This document shows, in pieces, positions 26,053-33,071 of a stretch of 64,000 nt of DNA. Each line of letters starts with the position of its first letter. Position 1 is the stretch's first letter. Where the stretch lies: assembly GCA_951812825.1 (NCBI GenBank), contig OX638324.1:2331141-2395140 (forward strand). The letters are read 5' to 3'. Under the pieces are notes generated by a model that made no database searches, was not told the origin of the DNA, and worked only from the letters and a program-made list of their open reading frames with translations. The translations under genes were made by a program, and so were the position numbers. The DNA is from an uncultured Dehalococcoidia bacterium (GTDB taxonomy: Bacteria; Chloroflexota; Dehalococcoidia; Lucifugimonadales; GCA-2712585).

Positions 26053-28104
26053 ATGCTTAGCGGACCCAAACCCGGCGAATCGCTCAGACTGGATATTGAT
26101 GACGGTACCGGACTTCGTGTAGCTAGTGCGCGGTTCGAGTCCGACTCGAAGTTTACGTGGTCGCTGTTTGACGGATTCGATCGCATTCGGATACTCACCT
26201 ACTCGGCTGGAGTAGGCGCTATTGTGCGGATGCTGGATAAGCACGACTTTAGTGACTTCGAATGCGTTTTTGGTTGCGAAAGCACGCTGCGAACCTTGAA
26301 GGATATTATGGCGTTCCAGCAGGTTGCGATCGGTGACACGAGGGCTGCTATCAAGGGTCTCTCTGACCAACGCCATTCCTTCATTCTTGGTCGAGTAAGA
26401 GAGGGCCAGGCCCGATTTCGAGTCTTACGCAAGGAAATAGCACATGCAAAACTTTACTTATTGGAAAACCTGGAGTCTGGCAATACCCGCGCCCTCATAG
26501 GCTCTGCGAACCTATCGGAAACTGCTTTTGGTGGACGACAGTCGGAGACCCTTGTGTGCTTCGACAATGACCCTGCTGCCTGGGGTCACTATCTGAGAAT
26601 GTACGAGGCCATTAGGGACCAGGCTTCGGACGAGATACCGTTGCCGACAGAGCGGGTGACGAACGAGACTATTCGACTTGATGAAGTACCAATATTGGAC
26701 GCCAACGATCTCTCTACGTTAGTGATTGATACAACCGAGGCGGATAATCAGTCAGGCAACGGCTATGGAATAGCTGTTCCTACACAGATAGAACGAATAG
26801 AGAAGATGAAAAAAGCCATCCCACCAGTTGTGGCTAGCGTCATTCCTCCACCGCGAAACGGAAGGCAGAGCATAACTCCCCAGACAAGACGGAGCATTGT
26901 CAAGGAATACAGTCGAATCCGCGTCGTGCAGTCTGATGAGGAAGCGGATCACCGTCAGATGTCAATTGACCGGGATATGAAAAGCGTCACCCTATTTGGT
27001 GAGCCCTTCCCTCTGAATTGGGATTCTGCTACCGCAAGGAGGGATGCACAGATTCTGGTGGAATTCTTCGGCAACTACGAGGGCACGTTTGAGGGGGGAA
27101 TGGGAGTGGAGAGGCTGCAGAGGGATTATTTCATCCTATGGTCATGGTTATACTTCTCTCCATTCATGTGTGACATGAGGACAAGGGCGGGCCACGACGG
27201 GGATATATTCAGATATCCTTCCTTTGCCATCGTCTATGGTAAACCTTCCTGCGGTAAATCCAGCCTCATCGACACGTTAATGACCTCCATGTTTGGTAGG
27301 GCGTATAACGTGGACAAGAGGGAGTTTACGAAGAGCAGACTCAGGGACATACAGTACGCATACAGACGGTTTCCCGCCGTATTCGATGATATCGGTAGGG
27401 CTGCGATACGCAATCACGGAGAGGACGCAATCAAGGACGAGATTCCGCCGTTGGTCTCCGAATATCCCTGCTTTGTTCTGTCGATGAACCAGGATCTCAA
27501 GGCGTTCAGCGACCAGGTAGTTAAGCGCTGCCTTATGATTTACACCACTACGGCTCTTCCCTCCTATAAGGAGAGCCTACGCCATGAGTTGCATTTGAAG
27601 ATTCAAGCTGTGCGTAGGGAATTGTCCACAAATCTATACAGGGCATACCTAAACGGAGTCTTGGATAGATTAGGCGAGGTTGTAACCCCCGAGGACTGGC
27701 TTCAGTTTTCCTCAAGTATCCTATCAAACTTAATTGGCGATCTGATTGACGATGATCTGCCAAAGTGGTGCGCGCCGGTAGGCTGGAACGATTATGCAGA
27801 CAAACGTCATGAGAGAGTGCAGGCGCAAATAGACCATCTGTTGAGACAGGCGACGAGGATGAAGAAGGAAGGGGACCGGCCCACGGGCTGGATGTTGGAA
27901 GACGATAAGGTCATTGTGATTGAGCAAACCGATACCTTCGGGCGACGTGAGTTTCAATGGGACAATGTTCCTTCGACTCTCATCGATGATAGCGCCAGTG
28001 TTGGGGGACGAACTGTCTTGAATCGGCCTGAACTTGAAGAATTCATAGGCCGGAATCTCAGAGGAAGACGAATCGGGCTGCTGAGCAGGCTATTTGGCGG
28101 TTAA
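26053..28104 (+). CDS. Fusion of an N-terminal PLD/HKD-family nuclease domain with a C-terminal SF3-helicase-like P-loop NTPase
   Basis: 683 aa. The single HKD-type motif is AHAKLYLLE...ALIGSANLSETAF (H131, K133, GSxN 150-153). Walker A is GKPSCGKS (396-403). The Walker B-like motif is AVFDD (442-446). A hydrophobic strand ending in Asn, FVLSMN (474-479), resembles SF3 motif C. G+C of sampled lines is 48-52%. Confidence 0.7.
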   Translation: MLSGPKPGESLRLDIDDGTGLRVASARFESDSKFTWSLFDGFDRIRILTYSAGVGAIVRMLDKHDFSDFECVFGCESTLRTLKDIMAFQQVAIGDTRAAIKGLSDQRHSFILGRVREGQARFRVLRKEIAHAKLYLLENLESGNTRALIGSANLSETAFGGRQSETLVCFDNDPAAWGHYLRMYEAIRDQASDEIPLPTERVTNETIRLDEVPILDANDLSTLVIDTTEADNQSGNGYGIAVPTQIERIEKMKKAIPPVVASVIPPPRNGRQSITPQTRRSIVKEYSRIRVVQSDEEADHRQMSIDRDMKSVTLFGEPFPLNWDSATARRDAQILVEFFGNYEGTFEGGMGVERLQRDYFILWSWLYFSPFMCDMRTRAGHDGDIFRYPSFAIVYGKPSCGKSSLIDTLMTSMFGRAYNVDKREFTKSRLRDIQYAYRRFPAVFDDIGRAAIRNHGEDAIKDEIPPLVSEYPCFVLSMNQDLKAFSDQVVKRCLMIYTTTALPSYKESLRHELHLKIQAVRRELSTNLYRAYLNGVLDRLGEVVTPEDWLQFSSSILSNLIGDLIDDDLPKWCAPVGWNDYADKRHERVQAQIDHLLRQATRMKKEGDRPTGWMLEDDKVIVIEQTDTFGRREFQWDNVPSTLIDDSASVGGRTVLNRPELEEFIGRNLRGRRIGLLSRLFGG

Positions 28105-28222
28105 GGCAGGAAGGTCTTGCATTGCGGGCTATTCTGGTGGGAGGGTAAGTCCGGCGGGTGGGGGTTTGGCGTAGGGGATAGTGGGGGTTGGGTGAGTTTG
28201 AGTTGGGGTGGGAAGGAGTTTT

Positions 28223-29812
28223 GTGAGTAGGATATTGTTGTTTTTTGCGATGCTGGTGGTTGGGGTTGCTGCGGCTGTCACGCTGGGTTGTTCGGGGGGT
28301 GATGGGACGTCGGGAGTGCCGACGGCGACTGTGATGCCTGAGGCTGCGGAGGGCCGGCCTGGGAGTGCAACGGTCGCGACTCCGTCGGCAACGTCGCGGG
28401 TGACGGCTGGGGCGACGCGTGAAAATACTACGTCGGAGATGACTCCAGCGTTGGGGGCGGGCTACGATTCCAGTGAGAATATGTTCCGTCTGTTTTCTGG
28501 GCGGGACCACGAATCTGTCGACACACTTGAGGCTATGGAGCTTGCTGTTGCCAACAGGGACAGGTCGATGGCGCCGGTGCTTATTGAGATGCTTCGATTC
28601 TTCGAGGACTATGTACATGCGATCGAGGCCCGGAAGGCGCTCACGGCGATAACGGGCCGGGTGGTTGAGGGGAATGAGGGGTCGTGGAGCGGGTGGATGG
28701 AGTGGCTGGTCAATAACGCCGACGAGCACCATCCGCCCGCCGGATATCTGGACTGGAAGATCGGGTTGATGAGTCTGATTGACCCCAGGTTCGAGGAGTT
28801 TCTGGCTCCGGCGGCTGAGGGGTCTCGCGTAAATGTGTTTGAGATTGCGTGGGGAGGCGTCGGGCCCGACGGGATTCCAGACCTTCAGGACTCGCCCGTA
28901 GTTTCGGCGGAAGAGCAGGACTATCTCCAGCCGGGGGACCGGGTCTTTGGAGTGTCGATCAACGGAGAGCATCGGGCATACCCGCATCGGATCATGAATG
29001 CTCACGAGATGGCCAACGACGTGCTGGGGGGCGAGCCCATTGCCCTGGCCTATTGAACGCTTTGCGGCACCGGAATCGTGTATTCCGCAAAGATAAACGG
29101 GGAGCCAACCACTTTCGGAACGTCGGGGTTGCTGTATCGCAGCAACAAGGTGATGTACGATCGTCTGACCAATAGTCTGTGGAACCAGTTTACGGGGGAG
29201 CCTATCATCGGACCGCTGTGGAACTCCGGGATGCAGCTGGATTTTTTCCCTGTGCTTGTGACGACGTGGGAGGAGTGGGTGGAGCTTCATCCGGATACGA
29301 CGGTGCTGGACAGGGAAACGGGGCATTATCCAGTGACGTACTATCTGCCGGAGGAGCACCGGGAGGCGATCTACTATGATTACTTTAACTCGCCGGGAAC
29401 GATGTTCGCGGTGCCGGACCGGGACGGCCGGCTTGCAACGAAGGACGTGGTGCTGGGGGTGCAGGTGAATGACAGCTACAAGGCGTACCCGGTTGCGGCG
29501 CTGCAGGAGGAGAGGATTGTCAATGACGCGGTGGGAGGCGAAGGGGTGGTGGTGTTGGGGTCGGCGGCGAGCCAGGGGGCGAGGGCCTATTTGCGAGGGG
29601 ACAGAGTCTTCGAGGCAGCGGGGGAGGATGGGGGAGTGGGGATTCCATCGGTGATTGCGGATGCTGATGGAGGCAGGTGGCAGGTGACGGAGGAGTTTCT
29701 GGTCAATGCGGCCGACTGGTCGGAGAAGCTGGCCCGGATTCCCACGCACACTTCGTACTGGTTTGGGTGGTTCCAGTTCCACGGGGATACGGAGCTTTAT
29801 ACGGGGCGGTGA
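28223..29812 (+). CDS. DUF3179-family lipoprotein read through an in-frame TGA (candidate selenocysteine at 29054-29056)
   Basis: The GTG start at 28223 follows GGAAGGAG. There is a signal peptide with ...TLGC. The two track ORFs (28208-29056 and 29078-29812) share one frame with only the TGA between them. Read-through gives ...HRAYPHRIMNAHEMANDVLGGEPIALAY-U-TLCGTGIVY...GTSGLLYRSNKVMYD, matching the DUF3179 core, where a Cys is conserved at this position. Confidence 0.65.
29060..29092 (+). promoter_or_regulatory. SECIS-like hairpin immediately downstream of the in-frame UGA
   Basis: The lower stem pairs CTTTG (29060-29064) with CAAAG (29088-29092). The upper stem pairs CGGAAT (29071-29076) with ATTCCG (29082-29087). 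The apical loop is CGUGU, which contains GU. The loop lies about 20 nt from the UGA. Confidence 0.5.
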
Positions 29813-29893
29813 TGTGGCCCAGGACCGGTTGCGGGTTGCAATAACTGAAATTCGCTCGCAACGTTACTTTCAATGTCCTGTGGAGGCAGGGAC

Positions 29894-30410
29894 ATGGAGG
29901 ATCAACCTACGTTCGGCGATTTTGTTTTGGGGTTGGAAGGTCTGGCCATCCTGCGTTCGTGGATGACGGACCCGCAGATGGTAAAGGCGAGGGTGGGGGA
30001 GATAAGCGAGATGGTGGCACGACTTGGGGAGCAGCCCTGGTCGGAGCCGATAGTGGGGTGGATCGAACGGTTGTGGCCGGATACGGGGAGCCGGCCGCCT
30101 CATACGACGACGGGGCAAATCCACTGAAACTCGCAGAGGAGATGGTGGTCCACGATCTCATTGCGGGTTATCCAGCGGGAAGGGCACTGGCCGCATTGAG
30201 ACCGGTTTCGTACGGAACTACATGCATCTACCTTCGGAGTTTCTCGCCGGTTTCGAGGAAACGGGGCTGGAGGTCGTCCAATTCATAGAGAGGCTCTGCG
30301 GGGACGAGGAGATCGCTGCCATGGGACTCACGGGGCAGATGTCCGGGCTCATGGAAGCCGCCTTCAAGGATGTGCCAATCGTGATAGTGTGGTACTGGCT
30401 AAGGGACTTT
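29894..30410 (+). pseudogene. Remnant of a class I SAM-dependent methyltransferase (frameshifted, SAM-binding core deleted)
   Basis: Three frames carry consecutive pieces. These are MEDQPTFGDFVLGLEGLAILRSWM..., ...VAGYGEPAASYDDGANPLKLAEEMVVHDLIAGYPAGRALAA... and ...LPSEFLAGFEETGLEVVQFIE.... The GxGxG core between them is missing. Confidence 0.45.
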
Positions 30411-30891
30411 GACCCCTGTGGTGGCTCCAGGTTGAAAGGGCCGGGCAACAATGATGGCGAGGATGAATTCGGTTTCATGGTTTGGTGGCTTGCTGGGCAG
30501 ACTCTCCTTTTGGTCTTGTGCGGCGAAGCTACTGGTGGTAAAAGTATGGAGACGGTGTTTCGATTTGTTTCGTGACGTGGAGGCGGTGAGCTTTATGGTT
30601 GGATTGCAGTGCAGGGTTTGAGAGAACAAGATGCTCCCGCAGAATAACATCAAGGTCTCGGCGGTGGTGCGGTGGGCCATCTTCGTCTGATGCGGGGCCA
30701 TCATCTATGTTCTGACGAAGCTGATGCCCGCCAGCCGCCCGTTTTGCAGGGCGGAAGTTTACAAGGTGGGATTCCAGGTTGAAGGAAACGGGACAGACGG
30801 ATGAACACCGTGTCTCGGTGTCTGTGACGGGATTGTTCTGGTGTGCGGTTGGGAATCCGGGGAGTGACGCGATGACGTTGAGCAGGCGAAT

Positions 30892-32685
30892 TTGACGACA
30901 CCTTCTGCTCAGAATCCACGGTACGAGGCTGACGAAAATCCGCCGCTGAAAGCGTCTCTGGGATATGGAGCGCAATTCAGCCTGATTGCATCGGCGACGC
31001 TGCTGGTGACGCCCATCGTTGTGGCCAAGGCATCGGGACGGGACGACGAATACCTGGTGTGGATGGTGTTCGCTTCGCTGCTTGTGGCGGGGATTTCGAC
31101 GCTGATGCAGGTGAAGAAGTTTGGGTTGGTGGGGACGGGATCGATGCTGCCGATGTTCACCGCCGCCTTCGCCATTCCATTCTGCATAACGGCGGTGACG
31201 GACGGCGGCCCGGCGACGCTCGCCGCGCTGGTGCTGGTGTGCGGCATTGGTCAGCTCATCATTGCCAGATGGCTTTTCCTGCTGCGTCGCATAGTCACAC
31301 CCGTGGTGGGCGGAACGGTGCTGATGATCCTGTCTATAACCCTAGCGTCGGTGATTCCGAGGCTGCTGCCCGAAGCTTCTGACGAAAACTCATTGGGTGC
31401 ACACTTGGCGGCGCTGACGGCGCTGGCAGTAATTTCTGCGCTTATCCTGAGAGGGTCTGCCGTGATACGGCTTTGGGGGCCGGTGATTGGTATAGTCGCT
31501 GGGACCGCGGTGGCGGCCGGCTTCGGCATATATAACGCAGATGCGATTCTGGACGCAGCCTGGATAGGAATACCCGGGGAATGGCCGGGTCTGGGCGTGC
31601 CCCCGGTTGTATCGGGCTTTGGGGTGTCTTTCTGGACGCTGCTACCGGCGTTTCTATTCCTCAGCATTGTGATTTCCATACAGGTAAACGGGGAGAGCAT
31701 TGCCCAGCAGCGAGCTTCACGAAGGGAGAACCGGGCGGTTGACTTCAGGGAAGTGCAGGGGGCTATGACGGGCACCGGCGTAACCAATCTGATGGCGGGA
31801 GCCGCTGGAACGGTGCCTTACATAATCAGCCCGGCCGCCGTGTCGTACACGCAGACAACGGGAGTAGCTTCGCGGAGGGTGGGCTACATAATTGGCGCGT
31901 TGTTCATCATGGTGGCCTTTCTGCCCAAGGTTTCCGCGGTGTTCAGTTCCATCCCCGGGCCGGTGATGGCGGGTTTTCTCGTAGTTTTAAGCGCGTACCT
32001 GTTCGTAGACGGAGCGCGGACGGTGATGCAGAGCGAGGAGAACCGTCAGAGGATAACGGTGGCGGGAGTGTGCTTCTGGATTGGGGCGGCGTTCCAGTTC
32101 GGGCTGTTCTCGCTGCCGGACGTGGGGGCGGTTTGGGCGACGCTGGTGCAGAGCGGAATCACGACGGGCGGGGTGGCCGCGATAATAATGATTCTGTACC
32201 TGGAGTTCACCAATCCCCGGAGGATGCGGTTCCAGTCCAAGCTGGACATTGAAGTGTTGCCAGAGCTAAATGAGTTTCTGGGGAAATTCGCGGACCGGCG
32301 GGGTTGGGATACGCCGATGAAGGAGCGGCTGAGCGCCGTTGCGGAGGAGACGCTGCTTTCGCTTTCGCCACTGGACCTGGAGGCGTTCATGGCGGAGGAT
32401 GAGGAATCGGAGGATGACGAAGAGGCGTCGGAAGGGGAGGCGGACCCGGGCCGCCAGCTGGTGGTGCTGGCATCCAGCGATGGGCCGGTGGCGACACTTG
32501 AGTTTATTGGAGGGGCGGGGGACGAGGGGAACATGGAAGACCGGATACATCAGCTTCAGCAGTATGATGAGGAGACGCCGGTTGAGCAGGAACTTTCGCT
32601 GAGGATGTTGCGAGCATACGCCACTTCGGTGGTGCATCAGCAGTTTCACGGGACGGATATCATAACTGTTCGGGTGGAGCCCTAA
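30892..32685 (+). CDS. NCS2 (xanthine/uracil/vitamin C permease) family transporter with an extra cytoplasmic C-terminal domain of about 160 aa
   Basis: 597 aa with a polytopic N-terminal part of about 430 aa resembling nucleobase:cation symporter-2 permeases. The soluble C-terminal extension contains an acidic linker (EDEESEDDEEASEGE). The start codon is TTG. Confidence 0.65.
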   Translation: MTTPSAQNPRYEADENPPLKASLGYGAQFSLIASATLLVTPIVVAKASGRDDEYLVWMVFASLLVAGISTLMQVKKFGLVGTGSMLPMFTAAFAIPFCITAVTDGGPATLAALVLVCGIGQLIIARWLFLLRRIVTPVVGGTVLMILSITLASVIPRLLPEASDENSLGAHLAALTALAVISALILRGSAVIRLWGPVIGIVAGTAVAAGFGIYNADAILDAAWIGIPGEWPGLGVPPVVSGFGVSFWTLLPAFLFLSIVISIQVNGESIAQQRASRRENRAVDFREVQGAMTGTGVTNLMAGAAGTVPYIISPAAVSYTQTTGVASRRVGYIIGALFIMVAFLPKVSAVFSSIPGPVMAGFLVVLSAYLFVDGARTVMQSEENRQRITVAGVCFWIGAAFQFGLFSLPDVGAVWATLVQSGITTGGVAAIIMILYLEFTNPRRMRFQSKLDIEVLPELNEFLGKFADRRGWDTPMKERLSAVAEETLLSLSPLDLEAFMAEDEESEDDEEASEGEADPGRQLVVLASSDGPVATLEFIGGAGDEGNMEDRIHQLQQYDEETPVEQELSLRMLRAYATSVVHQQFHGTDIITVRVEP

Positions 32686-32817
32686 GAACGAGGGCGAGTA
32701 CGCCCGGCAGGACAAGACCCACTCCCAATTGGCGACATCACATAGGACGTATTTTGCTTTGGGTTGGGTTTTGACGTTTAGCTATTCTGGGTATCAGAAC
32801 CAGATGGAAGAACCGGT

Positions 32818-33071
32818 ATGGCGAAGTTCTTGTTCCAGGCAGACTATAGCCCTGCTGGAGTGGCAGGGCTACGCAACGAGGGCGGTACAGGGCGGAAGAG
32901 GATGTTTGCGGACATGGGCGGGACAATCGAGTTCTTCTATATGCCTTTGGCAGAGAGGACCTCTACATGATTGTGGACCTGCCTGACGATGCTGCGGCCG
33001 TAGCTGCTTGAATGGCGGCGACGGCATCCGAAGTGTTGGCTGACGGCGTATACTGCATAGCACTGGTTTGA
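32818..33071 (+). pseudogene. Remnant of a GYD-domain protein gene
   Basis: MAKFLFQADYSPAGVAGLRNEGGTGRKRMFADMGGTIEFFY... matches the GYD/COG4274 N-terminus. A frameshift is then needed to read ...DLYMIVDLPDDAAAVAA, followed by an in-frame TGA and a truncated tail. It is too short to appear in the ORF track. Confidence 0.45.

Noticed and set aside
28058-29782. Very long antisense or out-of-frame ORFs. Examples are 306-1241 (-), 7966-9102 (-), 28058-29782 (-, 574 aa), 38840-39964 (-), 42747-43865 (-), 60375-61487 (+) and 39519-40505 (+)
   Set aside because: They overlap genes with clear family signatures on the other strand or frame. They are extremely Arg/Pro/Gly/His-rich with no motifs. They are the expected stop-codon-poor artefacts of 65-70% G+C DNA.
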